This document shows positions 38,155-50,653 of a stretch of DNA of 64,000 bases, in pieces (the first letter of the stretch is position 1; every line of letters begins with the position of its first letter). The DNA is taken from positions 123,506,001 to 123,570,000 of the forward strand of contig NC_086097.1 of the NCBI RefSeq assembly GCF_963921235.1. The letters run 5' to 3'. Made by a program: the position numbers and the translations under genes. The DNA is from Mobula hypostoma (taxonomy: Eukaryota). Under the pieces are notes generated by a model. The model ran no database searches, was not told the DNA's origin, and worked only from the letters and a program-made list of their open reading frames with translations.

Positions 38155-38710
38155 GTACCTCTTCCTAGAGATGCTGCCTGGCCTGCTGTGTTCACCAGCA
38201 ACTTTGATGTGTGTTGACAAAATAATCTGCAGATGCTGGGGTCAAAGCAACACTCACAACACGCTGGAGGAACTCAGCAGGTCGGGCAGCATCCGTGGAA
38301 AAGATCGGTTGACGGTTCGGGCCAGAACCCTTCGTCGGGACCTCTGGTCAAGTCTCGGCTGTATATCTACACCTAAACAAGGAACACTTCACTGGTGATA
38401 ACGATGTGCACATTTTGGACAGGGAGGACAGGTGGTTTGAAAGAGAGGTTAAAGAAACCATCTTTGTCAAACTGGAAAACCCATCCCTGAACAGAGGGGA
38501 TGGGTACAACACCACCTATCAGTTACTTACAATGCAGTCCTAACATCTCCACCTTAGCGTCCGCTGCAACAGTTCACACCTCCATTCATGCAAAGACAAG
38601 ACTAATGACTCTCTCATTGCCTCTATGACTGTTAATAACTCTTATGTGATTGCTATACCTTTAAACAACTCACAGAGTTTACAAGCTGGAAAACTACCCA
38701 CCATGGGTCA

Positions 38711-38750
38711 GAACTGAAGAAGCGTCTCGGATGAGTGGCGAAATGTCTTC
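38711..38750 (+). ncRNA. Degenerate hammerhead motif of the Poseidon-type pLTR
   Basis: gaa-CTGAAGA-(imperfect stem II, ggat loop)-GAAAT-GTC-ttc. Confidence 0.55.
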
Positions 38751-40479
38751 CAGACAACACAGCAAGTCCAGTTGCCTTGATTTACTACAGCTTGATATAC
38801 AATGACCTGGATGACTGAGAACCTTCATAGATATGTTCTTGCTTCCAATAAGTCCTCTGTAAAGATAGATAGGATTACATTAACTAGGAGTCATGGCCAG
38901 CATTAGACTGAAGGACCCATCTCTGCGCTGTCCTATTGTATGCTCAAATATCAACTGTTCTTTGTGCTAAAAGTTTACGCCTCCAATCCCCTGCAAGTCC
39001 AAAGTTCAAAACACATTTACTACCAAAGTGTGTAAACATTATACAACCTCGAGATTTGTCTCTTTACAGGCAGCCACAAGACAAAGAAACCCAAAAGAAC
39101 GTATTAAAAAAAGAAAACTGTCAAATACCTAATGTGCAGAGAGGGAAAAAAAACAAATTCTGCAAACAATAAACGTAAGCAACTAGCATCTAGAGCATAA
39201 GTGAGTCCACAGACACAAAGCCCAGCGCAGGCAGAGCAGGCCACAACCTCAGCCTCAGTTCAGTGCAGGGCAGAGTAAATATGGCAGAGCATGGAGTAGA
39301 AAAATCCTCTATCTCACTTTATGGTCATGCCCTGGAGTTCTAGTCAGCCCTACCATGGGAAACAGACTTTGAATGCCTTCCCAATCTGCACCTCATTAAT
39401 GTATATATCTCTATTATGTCACTTCTCAGACTAGTTTGCTTTGGAGGCAGTCCCAGACTATCCAGTGTGGCCTTACAGTATAACTCAGCTCCTCTAATTT
39501 AGGCACGATCTGCATCCTCTCTAGTTTGACAACATCTGCCCTGAAACATGGTGCACAGAATGATACACAATACTGCAAGCGTAGCCTGACTAGAGGTTAT
39601 AAACACAAGAGACTCTGCACATGCTGGAAATCCAGAGTAACACGCACAAAATGCTGGAGGAACTCAGCAGTTCAATCGGCATCTCAATTTTCACATTCTT
39701 CGCACAATTATACTCTCCTGGTTCACCAAAACAAAGGGAGTAGAATTTCCACAGGCTTTTTATTACAACTCCAGTGCAAATTCAAAAATAAACAATGTAG
39801 ACATTTCTCGTGTATTTCTGCCATGCACTGCATAAATATCCAGAAGACCCCACCCTTACCACATGGAGATTAGTAATTAGAAAGTGATGCTGTGGCTCTA
39901 GCGCCAAACCATGTAAATTACATGTCAAGACTCAAATGCACTCTGAAGCAAACACCATGAGCATAAGTCTCCTTCACTTTGGATCTGGTTTGGGCCCAGA
40001 TGGCACCTGCACTATAACAGCTTCACATTAGAAGTAAGGGTATTAAAAAATGTACCCTATTTATTATTTTTGGCAGTGCCACTTCTTTCCCTCTAGATTA
40101 AGACAATTCTGATTTGGACAGTGCAGGCAGTCTCCCTCATCAGATTATAATACATGTTCTCCTACCATAAGCTCAAAAACAGAAATGGGTTTTGGATGTA
40201 CAAAACACAATTGGCTCAAGGAAAAAAAAGCGACAATGCCCAATATTAGAAACCTATAGTACTGAGCAAAGCTCTTTTGATCCTTTACTCATGAGTAGTT
40301 TAAAATTGTAATCATAAAACACATAAGAAAGCTTTGTTAAACCAGTTAAAGGTTAAAGAATTTTATAGCTAATATTTAAACTATGCGTGTGCTGGTGTTT
40401 ATATTAAGTATGGCTCCATTTAATGATCTGAAGAGATGCTGCAGAACTAACACATGCACTGTAAAAGACCATTTGCTGG

Positions 40480-41125
40480 ATAAGACCATAAGACCATTAA
40501 ACATAGGAGCAGAATTAGGCCATTTGGCCCATTAAGTCTGCTCTGTCATTCTATCATTGCTGATTTATTATCCCTATAAACCCTATTCTCATGCCTTCCC
40601 CTGTTATTTTTGACACTCTTACGAATCAAATGCATTAAATCTATGTGATGACATAGTGTAATCATTTGTCTGTTTGCTATTTAGAAAGGTTGTGAACAAA
40701 GTTTATAGTCATGAAGTTAATTGAGGTAAAGGGATATGATCAATTGCTCCAAAGACTGGAGGCCTGAAAGGACAAAGGGGTAGGGATGGATTAACTGACC
40801 TATCGTGAGGCACTGACCTGTGTGCCACTAAAATGTCACCTGATGCTTTCAACGGCTTTGTGTTTTGACCATTAAGCCAATAAAATTATGTGGACCCTGC
40901 TAAAGACCATATATACAACATAGGACATTACAACACAGAACAGACTCTTGGGCCTGTGATGTTGTGCTGACCTTTTAACCCACTCTAAGATCAATCTAAC
41001 CCTACCCTTCCACATCGTTCTCCATTTTCCTCTCCCCCATGTGACCCTCTAAGAGTTTCTTAAGTGTCTCTAATGTATTTGCCTCTACCAGCAGCCACAC
41101 ACCCAGCAGTCTCTGTGTAAGAACT
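40480..41125 (-). mobile_element. Two CR1 3' end fragments (40480-40630; 40915-41125)
   Basis: taagaccataagacc..cataggagcagaattaggcc, and a second CR1 3' terminus in reverse orientation. Confidence 0.65.
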
Positions 41126-41350
41126 TAGATCGTTGCATGTGGATAGAGTCATAAAACTTGGCATGTTGAAGAAAGATTCATACAGGTTAAAAGACTTCAT
41201 GGCAGAACAGGACAGGAGGGGAGATGAAGGAACATAATATTTCCTGTTTCCAAGAGGCTCCCTGGAAAAGAGCTATGAAGTATCATTAACTCTTATCTGA
41301 ATTTAAGTATAGAATTTAGTACTTGGAAAAAAAAATCAATCTTTTACACA

Positions 41351-41908
41351 TGTAACACGCTGCAAGGTTTCACTGCTAATGTAATAGTTTCTCTGTAGCA
41401 GCAATGTTTGGGTTATGACTAGAGATAACATGGACTTTGGAATGTGCGCCATCTAATGAGAGGCGTGTTGTTTCTTTCTTGTGGGACTGAGAGAAAGGAT
41501 TCGCTGTCTCTTGTCGGCAAGAGACAAAGAGAGAAGATGCGAATGGAGAGAGAATGGTAGACCGCCAGACAGAGTGGACTTGGAGCGAGGGTCCGAGGGT
41601 CAGCAACACTCAGAGGAGGTCGAGGGGGTACGAATGGATGGAACTGTGAGCTCCAACGTTGCACATTGGACTGCTTCATGTGAATGGGACCTTTCCTTTT
41701 TCTGTTTCTTTCCTAACAATATAGTCAACTTAAGAATTATAAATCTCAGTCGTTTAATTGCGTATTGTGTACTGTTTGTTATTTCGTGGTACTGATTTGT
41801 AACAGGGGAACACATCACACAGCATCCACCCAAACGAGATTTCTCAAGTTTGGTGGGCGGAGGCTGTCTTCCCCTAGACTTAGCCGCTAAGCGAGCCTGA
41901 GGATTGCA
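41351..41908 (+). mobile_element. Solo LTR (Gypsy-type), 4-bp TSD
   Basis: TGTAAC...ATTGCA termini; TSD caca at 41347-41350 and 41909-41912; same family as 33731-34310. Confidence 0.85.
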
Positions 41909-42309
41909 CACAAACTACTGGCTGCATATCAGTTTGACTCATCCAAATTCAGCTTCAGTTGCTCAACACCTCACAACAACCGGTGGCATGAATTAAGTGG
42001 AAATGCATAATCTCTATCATTTTTAGTGCCCTTTATAGTTTTATATTTATTTTACAGATTGGTTAGGTTCCTCTGATGACTTGGTATCTGCTAGCAGATA
42101 AATTACCAATAGGCATTCCACAGTGAGAGCCCAAGCTATAAGAGCAGTCCCAAATCCAACCAGAATAGTCAGTTATTGAATCCCTCTCATTTGCAGTTTT
42201 AAGATGTATTCTATTTTAATACTGTCAGGTAATCACAAGGAACTGGCCTGAAAGTTCCCAGGGACACTGAGCTGCCCGGACCTGCTGTTCCCTATCTATA
42301 CACCTACGT

Positions 42310-43177
42310 TTATCTTTATACTTTATTGTCGCCAAAAAATTGATACTAGAGCGTACAATCATCACAGCGATATTTGATTCTGCACTTCCCGCTCCCTGGA
42401 TTACAAATTGATAGTAAATATTCAAAATTTAAATTATAAATCATAAATAGAAAATAGAAAAATGGAAAGTAAGGTAGTGCAAAAAAACCGAGAGGCAGGT
42501 CTGGATATTTGGAGGGTACGGCCCAGATCCGGGTCAGGATCAGTTCAGCAGTTTTATCACAGTTGGAAAGAAGCTGTTCCCACATCTGGCCATATGAGTC
42601 TTCAAGCTCCTGAGCCTTCTCCCGGAGGGAAGAGGGACGGAAAGTGTGTTGGCTGGGTGGGTCGTGTCCTTGATTATCCTGGCAGCACTGCTCCGACAGC
42701 ATGCGGTGTAAAGTGAGTCCAAGGACGGAAAATTGGTTTGTGTGATGTGCTGCGCCGTGTTCATGATCTTCTGCAGCTTCTTTCATACCAAGTTGGACAG
42801 GACAACTTCCAAACCAGGTTGTGATGCACCCTAGAAGAATGCTTTCTATGGTGCATCTATAAAAATTAGTGAGGGTTTTAGGGGACAGGCCAAATTTCTT
42901 CAGTTTTCTCAGGAAGTAAAGGCGCTGGTGGGCCTTCTTGGCAGTGAACTCTGCTTGGTTGGATCAAGTCAGGTCATTTGTGATATTGACCCTGAGGAAC
43001 TTAAAGCTTTTGACCTGTTCCACTTGCGCACCACCGATGTAAATTGGGTCATGCGGTCTGCTACTCCTTCTGAAGTCAACAACCAATTCCTTCGTCTTGC
43101 TGACGTTGAGGGATAGGTTATTGTCTTCGCACCATGTCACCAGGTTCTTCATTTCCTCTCTGTACTCAAACTCATCA
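42310..43177 (-). mobile_element. Rex1/Babar LINE 3' fragment (relatively young)
   Basis: ORFs 42964-43152 (WCEDNNLSLNVSKTKELVVDFR..FKFL) and 42540-42764 (LPSGRRLRSL..NSFFP.VIKLLN). Confidence 0.9.
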
Positions 43178-43179
43178 CT

Positions 43180-43645
43180 GAAGACGATAATTGCTCTAGC
43201 AAATTGCTACAGATGTACCATGGAGAGCGCTCTAACTGATTGCATCACCGTCTGGAGCGGCTACTGGAGCGGGCATGGGTAAATCTGCAGAGGGCTGCAA
43301 ACTCAGACAGCCCCATCATGAGTACTGGCCTCACTTGCATCAAGGACTCCTTCAGAAGGCGATGACTCAGAAAGGTGGCATCCATCAATAAGCACTCCCA
43401 CCGCCCAGAGAGGAGGTTCAGGAGCCTGAAAACACACACTAAATGTTTTAGAAACAGCTCTTTCCCCTCTAGCATCAGATTTCTGAATGGACAATGAACC
43501 AACTCATGAACAGTATCTCACTATCATTACTCTATTTTTGCACTACTTACTTAATTATTGTACTTTGTAGTATTTTTATGTATTGCACTGTTTTGCTGTG
43601 GGAAAACAATAGATTTCACAACATGTGTCAGTGATACGAAACTTT
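43180..43645 (+). mobile_element. Rex1/Babar 3' fragment
   Basis: YRCTMESALTDCITVW in ORF 43097-43282, followed by UTR. Confidence 0.7.
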
Positions 43646-43969
43646 GGTCAGCTTGGTCCATTATAAGCATCAAGCCCTGCCCGAGAAATTCATTATCCAT
43701 GGACTTTTAAAATGCATCCTTCCCCCATCCCCATGCCCTCAATGATTTACAGGTGTCAATAGGTCTGAATATTGCATTGATCAAGTACTTCAAAACTTCG
43801 AAATATTGAAAGAATTGAGAATTGAAACATACATTAGAAAATACATGTAATAATTGTGAAGAAGGGTTTAAGTCCGAAACATCAACTGCTTACTCTTTTC
43901 CATAAATGCTGCCTGACCTGCTGAGTTCCTCCAGCATCTTGTGTGTGATAACTTGTAATATGTTAAATC

Positions 43970-45085
43970 AGAGTTCAAAAGTTCAAAGTAAAATTTATTA
44001 TCAGAGTACATACATGTCACCACATACAGCCCTGAGATTCTTTTTTCTGCGGGCATAATTAGCAAATCTATACAACAGTAACTGTAAAAGGATTGATGAA
44101 CAACAAACTGTGCAAATGCAAATATAAATGAATAACGAGTATGAAATAACAAGATAAAGAGTCCTTAAAGTGAGACCATCGGATGTGGGGACACCAGAAA
44201 TCAAATGAGTGTGGTTATCCCCTTTTGTTCAAGAGCCTGATGGTTGAGGGATAGTAACTGTTCTTGAACCTGGTGGTGTGAGCCCTGAGGCATTTGCACC
44301 TTGTGACACCCAGGAATTTAAGCAGCAGCGAGAAAAGAGCACCACCTGGGTGGTGAAGATCTTTGATGTTGGATGCTGATTTTCTATGGCATCGTTTCAT
44401 GTAGATGTGCTCAAAGGTTGGGAGGGCTTTACCAGTGATGTACTGGGCAGAATCCACTACTTCTTGTAGGATTTTCCACTGGTGTTCCCATCCTACGCTG
44501 TAATGCAGCCACTTCTTACCAGACATCTATCAAAGTCTGCCAAGGTTTTTAATGGCATGCTAGGTCTCCGTAGAGTCAGGGAAGTAGAGGTACTATTGTG
44601 CTTACTATGCAATTACCTTTATATGATGGATCTGGGACAGGTCCTCTGAGATAGTGACACCCAGGAATTTAAAGTTACTGATCCTCTGGTGAGTACCATG
44701 GACCTCTGGTTTCCCTGTCCTGAAGTCTACACTCAGTTCCGTGGTCTTATTGACATTGAGTGAGCGATTGCTATTATTATACTGCTCAGGCAAATTTTCA
44801 GTCTCCCTCCTGGGTGCTGATTCATCACCACCTTTGATATGGCCCACAACAGCACTGTCATTAGCAAACTTGTATATGGTGTTGGATCTGTACTTAGCCA
44901 CACAGTCAGAGGTGTAAAGGGAGTAGAGCAAAGGGCTAAGCACACATCCCTGTGGTGCTCCTGTGCTGATGGAGATTGAAGATTGTTTTTTCATAATCCA
45001 AAATGACTGGGATCTACAAGTGAGGAAATCCAGGATCCAATTGCACAAGTGGGTATTGAGGCCCAGGTCTTGGAGTCTACTCATT
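43970..45085 (-). mobile_element. Rex1/Babar LINE fragment
   Basis: ORF 44605-45084 [37 protein letters not shown] 44215-44526, and gttcaaaagttcaaag tail. Confidence 0.9.
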
Positions 45086-45364
45086 AGTTAAATTTATTTA
45101 GTGAATTAAGTCAAAGAAAATGTATTACTTAAACTTACCTCTTTCTTCCTTTCTCTCTTGCAGCTGTTCCTTTCTACTGAAATGAATGATGGTCTAATCT
45201 GGAAAGTTCTATGGATAGATTCTCCAGTTTAACTGCTGATCAGCTGAAGAAAACTGACAGATTCCATCATCAGAAATGCGAACAGCAGGAACCTCTCAGG
45301 AAGTTCAGGACATCCATATTTATAAACACATTTGCCAAAGTTCATAACTTCCTTACAGTTCATC

Positions 45365-45710
45365 AAGGACATCTTCAAAAGGCGGCATTCATCATTAAAG
45401 ACCCCAACACTCAGGGCATAACCTCTTCTCTTTACTACAATCTGGGAGAAGGTACAGGAGCCTGAAGATACACACTCAGTGGTTTAGAAACATAGGCTTC
45501 CCCTCCGCCATCAGATTTCTGAACACTCCATAAACCCGTGAAAACTATCTCACTATTTTTCACTACTTATTTAATTTGATTTGTTTACATATGTACTTTA
45601 TTTTTTATTATAATTTATTGTATTTTATGTATGGTACTGTGCTGCTGCTGTAAACACACACATTTCAGGACATACATCAGTGATAATAAACCTGATTATG
45701 ATTCTGTTGT
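45365..45710 (+). mobile_element. Rex1/Babar 3' end
   Basis: KAAFIIKDP relic; tail cctgattatgattctg. Confidence 0.7.
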
Positions 45711-46329
45711 ATGAGGTAATGCCAGCATTTCTCAATGACAAATCTAAGCCTACAACTCACAGTGTAAGATTTTAATCTTTTCAGCAAACTATTTACTTAT
45801 CAGGTACTTAATTATGTAACATTACTCAGTCAGTTAACACAAATTACAAGTATTTAACGATAATTAAAGTTTACAATCTATATTGATTGCAAAGATATCA
45901 AACAAACAGCTTGTTACTTGTTGATATCTTTTTAATTGTACTTTCAGTTTCCGCTGATAACTGCTGGGAACTGTAGAGAAACCTACATTATTTAGTTCTC
46001 AGCAACTTGGTTTTAAAGTCATAACCCTGTTGTACAATCCTGGGGCTGCATAAATAAGCACTGGAAGTAAATTATTACCCGATAGAACGTTTGAGAGCTG
46101 CTGTACAATTTGGAGTCTTGCAAATTACCATCCATCATTTCATATAAAATAGACTTCTCCCAAATTGAAACAAAATTGAGGAAAAATGATTTGAAACTAT
46201 TGAAAAGTGAAGTTGTTCAAAACGTGCAGAAACCTTTACAATGAATACTTGACTGAACTATGGGAAGTAAATGTTACACTGTTTTGTAATGGAAACACTG
46301 GAACACAGTCTATTGTACCAATACCACTA

Positions 46330-46410
46330 TACACACTGTGGCCACTTTATTAGGTACAACAGCTTGTTTTTGCAACTATCTGATCAGTCACTCAAGCGGC
46401 AGCAAAACAA
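46330..46410 (+). mobile_element. Tc1 left-end fragment
   Basis: tacacactgtggccactttattaggtaca, same TIR family as 1032-1451. Confidence 0.6.
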
Positions 46411-47842
46411 TGCACCTGGCTGTGTGCCTCAGAAGGGAATGGGAGAAATGATGCAAATTATAGTGATAGGGGATTCATTGGTTAGGGGAACAGACAGGAG
46501 GTTCTGCAGGCGAAAATGAGATTCCAGAATAGTATGTTACCTCTTGGGTGCCAGGGTCAAGGACACCTTGAATCAAACCCACAGCATTTTTAAGTGGGAG
46601 GGTGAGCAGCTAGAGGTTATGGTCCATGTTAGTACCAATAACATGGCTAGGAAGGGTAACAAGGTCCTGCAAGGTGAGTTTCGGGAGTTAAGTACTAAGT
46701 TTAAGATCAGGGTTGTGATCTCAGGATTGTTACCCGTGCACATGCTAGAGAGGTCAAAAATAGGAAGGTTATACAGCTTAGAACATGGCTGAGAAGATAG
46801 TGCAGGAGGGAGGGCTCTCTTCCAGAGAAAGTGGACCTGTACAGATGGGATGGTTTGCACCTGAACTGGAAAGGTTTGCTAGTGCTGCTCGGGAGGGGGT
46901 GATGGTGTTTAAACTGGAGTTGTAGGGGGATGGGGAATATAGCACCAGAGTAGATACCGGAGTTGTTATAGGGAAAGGTGTTGTGAAGCCTACGAACAAA
47001 GTCAGGAATCGAAAAGTTGAACATGGTGGGACTAATGTTCTGAGTTGCGTATATTTCAACGCAAGAAGTATTGAAGGAAAGGTGGATGAGTTTAGGTGGA
47101 ATTATGACATTGTAGCCATTAGTGAGACTTGGTTGCAGGAGAGGCAGGACTGGCTGCTTAATGTTCCAGGGCTCTATTGTTTTATATGTGATAGACCAAG
47201 AGAGATTAAAGAGGGAGGGGTGGCATGACTAGTCAGGTAAAATGTCCCGTAGATTCTCAAACAGGACAGACTAGCAAGTTCATCTCATTAAAGGGATTAT
47301 ATTATAGACCATCTACAGGATGTAGAGGAGCAAGTTTGTAGAGAGATTGTAGACTGTTTACAAGAAACATAAAGTTGTGATAATAAGTGATTTTGAACTT
47401 CCTACATATTGACTGGAACTCCTATACTATAAAATAGCCTGATGGGATAGAGTTTGTTAAATGTATTGAAGGAAGTTTTCTTAATCAGTACATAGAGTTC
47501 CCAACAAGAGAGAGTGTGATGCTAGATACCCTATTAGGGAATGAGACAGGGCAGGTGACAGAAATTTGTTTAGGAGAACACTTTGCAGCTAGTGATCATA
47601 ATGCCATTGGTTTCACGATAATCTTGGAAAAGGATAGGTCTGGTCCTCAGATTGAGGTTCTAAATAGGAAAAAGGCCAATTATGATGTTGTCAGAAAGGA
47701 TCTGGCAAGTATGGATTGGGATAGGCTGTCTTCTAGCAAAGGTGTACTTGGTAAGTGGGAGGACTTCAAAAATGAAATTTTGAGAGTAAAGAGTTTGTGT
47801 GTTTCTGTCAGAATAAAAGGCAAGAATAAGAAGTTTAGAGAA

Positions 47843-48429
47843 CACTATTCCCTCTAATTTTCTTACAGCTGTGTGGACAAACCATTGTTCTGAGCAGGAA
47901 ATTTGTACATGGCCTGAAAAACTGTGTAACACTTTAAATGCTTTTTTTTGTAATATGCACATCAAACAAACACTAACCACAACTCACAACATAAGTAAAC
48001 AATGTCAGACAGTCAAAACAAATGAAAGGCAAAAGTAAGATGTCTTGACTAGACAGTATCGGCACTCAGGGGCCGACGGTTTATTAATGATGAACTACTG
48101 ACTTCCCTTCTGTGTTTATTGTTGCAATTTGTAACAGTGTTGTAACTTGAAATACTAACAATGTACTATAAATATGTTGAAACTCTAAAATATCTCAGGT
48201 ACATTTATTACTCAGAAAATATATGGATTATATTCATGAAACATAATTAATGACAGGGTATTTCATAATTATATTTACATAAATGTTTAAATTATATTAG
48301 CATCACTTGAAAATTATATTGACATCATAAAAAAAGAAAATTCGGGCTGCATAGCAACAAAGGCTACGTGTGCAGGAACATTTCAGTTACTGCATGGCCT
48401 TTCACCCGTGAAGATTAGGTGGAAAAGTG
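47843..48429. mobile_element. hAT-type non-autonomous DNA transposon (MITE)
   Basis: Imperfect 16-bp TIRs cactattccctctaat / attaggtggaaaagtg. 8-bp TSD ttagagaa (47835-47842) / tgagagaa (48430-48437). AT-rich non-coding interior; CR1 resumes after it. Confidence 0.75.
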
Positions 48430-49014
48430 TGAGAGAACCTTGGTTTTCAAGAGATTCTGAGGCCCTTGTTAAGAAAAAGAAGGAAGTGTTTTGCAGGTGT
48501 GGGCAGCAAGGAGCTAACAAGGTACTTGAGAAGTATAAAAAATGCAAGAGAACACTTAAATAGGAGAGCTAAAAGAAGGCACAAGGTTGCTCTAGCAGAC
48601 AAGATGAAGTAGAATTCCAAAGGGCTTCTACAGATATATTAAGAGCAAAAGGATAGCAGGGGACAACATTTATCCCCTTGAAGATCAGTGTGGTAATCTA
48701 TGCATGGAACCAGAAGAGAACGGGGAGATCTTAATTGGATATTTTGCATCTGTATTTACACAGGAGATGGACGGACACACAGTCTATAGAAGTGAGGCAA
48801 AGCAGCAGTGGGGTCATACAGATTGCAGAGGAGGAAGTGTTTTCCGTCAGAAGGAAAATTAGGCTGGATAAATCCCCAGAGCCTGACAAGACATTCCCTC
48901 GGAACTTGTGGGACTGTAGTACAGAAGTTGCAGGGACCCTAGCAGAGACATTTAAAACATACTTAGCAACTGTGAGGTGCCAGAGGATTGGAGGATAGCT
49001 AATGTTGGTCCATT

Positions 49015-49325
49015 GTTCAAAGTTCAAAGTAAAATTTATTATCAGAGTACATACATGTCACCACATAAACCCCTGAAATTCTTTCTCTGTGGGTATACTT
49101 AGCAAATCTATAGAATAGTAACTGTAAACAGGATCTGTAAACTGTAAACATCAGGAACTCTAAACTGTAAACAAACTGTACAAATGCAAATAATAAATAA
49201 ATAGGAATAAATAATGAGCATAAAATAAGAAGATAAAAGAGTCTTAAGATGAGTGTAGTTATGCCTTTTGTTCAAGAGCCTGATGGTTGAGGTGTAGTAA
49301 TTGTTCCTGAATCTGGTGGTGTGAC
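49015..49325 (-). mobile_element. Rex1/Babar 3' UTR insertion in CR1
   Basis: gttcaaagttcaaag tail; flanks attgttcaa / attgtttaa. Confidence 0.75.
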
Positions 49326-50653
49326 AATTGTTTAAGAAAGGCTCTAAGAATAACACAGGAAATTGTAGGCAGATGAGCCTGACATCAGTAGTTGGAAAGT
49401 TTTGGAAGGTATTCGAAGGAATCAGATATATAAGTATTGGATACACAGGGGCTGATTGGGGATAGACAGCATGGCTTTATGCATGTTAGGATGTGCCGAA
49501 CCAATCATATAGAGTTTTTCAAGGAAGTTACCAGGAAAGTTGATGAAGGCAAGGCAGAGGCTGTTGTCTGTATGGACTTTAGCAAGGCCTTTGACAAATT
49601 CCCATACGGGAGGTTGGTCAAGAAGGTTCAGTCATTTGGCATTCAAGATGAGGTAGTAAGTTGGATTAAACATTGTCCTGGCAGTAAATGGTTGCCTCTC
49701 TGACTGGAGGCCTGTGATGTGTGGTGTGCCGCAGATGTACACGCTGGGCCATTGGTGTTTGTCATCTATGTCAGTGATCTGAGTGATTATATGGTAAACT
49801 GGATCAGCAAATGTGTGGATGACACCAAGTTTGTAGGTATAGTGGACAGGGGGAAAACTACTAAAGCTTGCAGTGGGATCTAGACCAGCTGGTGAAATGG
49901 GCTGAAAAATGGCAGATGGAATTTAATGCAGACAAGTGTGAAGTGTTGCATTTTGGGAGGACAGTGAGTGGTAGGGCATTTGAAGAAAGCAGTAGAATAG
50001 TGGGATCTGGGAATACAGATCCACAATTCCTTGAAAGTGGCATCACAGGTGGATAGGATTGTAAAGAAAGCTTTTGGCACATTGGCCTTCATAAATCAAA
50101 GTATTGAGTACAGGAATTGGGATGTTATGGCTACGGGACTGCTGCAAGTCCATGTTCAAGTACTCAACAGAGGGTCTGAACTAATACAACACAGTTGTCG
50201 TGGACTTTATAAAGTCAGTCATGGACGGAGTGTGTCCCGACAAAATCATTTACTGTCTTCCAGAACCAAAATCCCCAGACAAATCAATAGATCTGTGATA
50301 TGCTAAGGGCCGGATCAGTGGCATTCAGGTCTGGTGCCCAAGCAAAGTACAGGAGATCCAGGAGCAATCTCTGCAATGCCATCTCACAGGCAATAGACCA
50401 ATTCTGGACCAAACTGGATTGACAGCTGTGGCAGAATTTAAAAAGTAAAACTAGCAACCTACAAGGTTTTACTCACAGATGAGCTTAACGCCTCTTAGGC
50501 TCACTTTGACCAACAAAACATGGAAGTACTTTCACAAACTCCCATGGTCCCTGACAACCCTGTGACATCTGTCTCTGAGGCTGATGTGAGTGCATCTTTC
50601 AGGGTGGTGAAAGCACAGAAAGCATCTGGCCGAATCCTGAAGACCTGTGCTGA

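Larger units (their letters stand above)
37252..38216. mobile_element. Neptune-type Penelope fold-back palindrome, 15-bp TSD
   Basis: Arms ~37286-37732 (-) and ~37773-38216 (+). TSD acaaaataaactgca (37237-37251) / acaaaataatctgca (38217-38231). Confidence 0.92.
36940..38835 (+). mobile_element. Penelope/Poseidon-type element 3' part with inverted 5' piece; host of nested inserts at 37233-38342
   Basis: Minus 36950-37075 reads IVIPHVAGVSEKLGRIFNK..FFKPTNTLRQKL. Plus 37100-37232 reads IVHAIQC..CTDLYIGETKQPLHK..AQHRR and resumes at 38343 SAVYLHL..ILDREDRWFER.VKE.I..K...PSLNR. pLTR with hammerhead at 38711-38750. Confidence 0.85.

Noticed and set aside
37214..38217. Multiple 100-155 aa ORFs repeated at 29739-30148
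   Set aside because: They are chance frames in purine/pyrimidine-skewed pLTR sequence, repeated because the pLTR is repeated.
33731..41908. Full-length LTR retrotransposon bounded by two LTRs
   Set aside because: Each LTR has its own different TSD, and there is no PBS, gag-pol or PPT between them.
46450..46790. Host SGNH/GDSL esterase gene
   Set aside because: It lies directly upstream of CR1 APE-RT and is disrupted. Esterase domains are a known component of CR1 ORF1.
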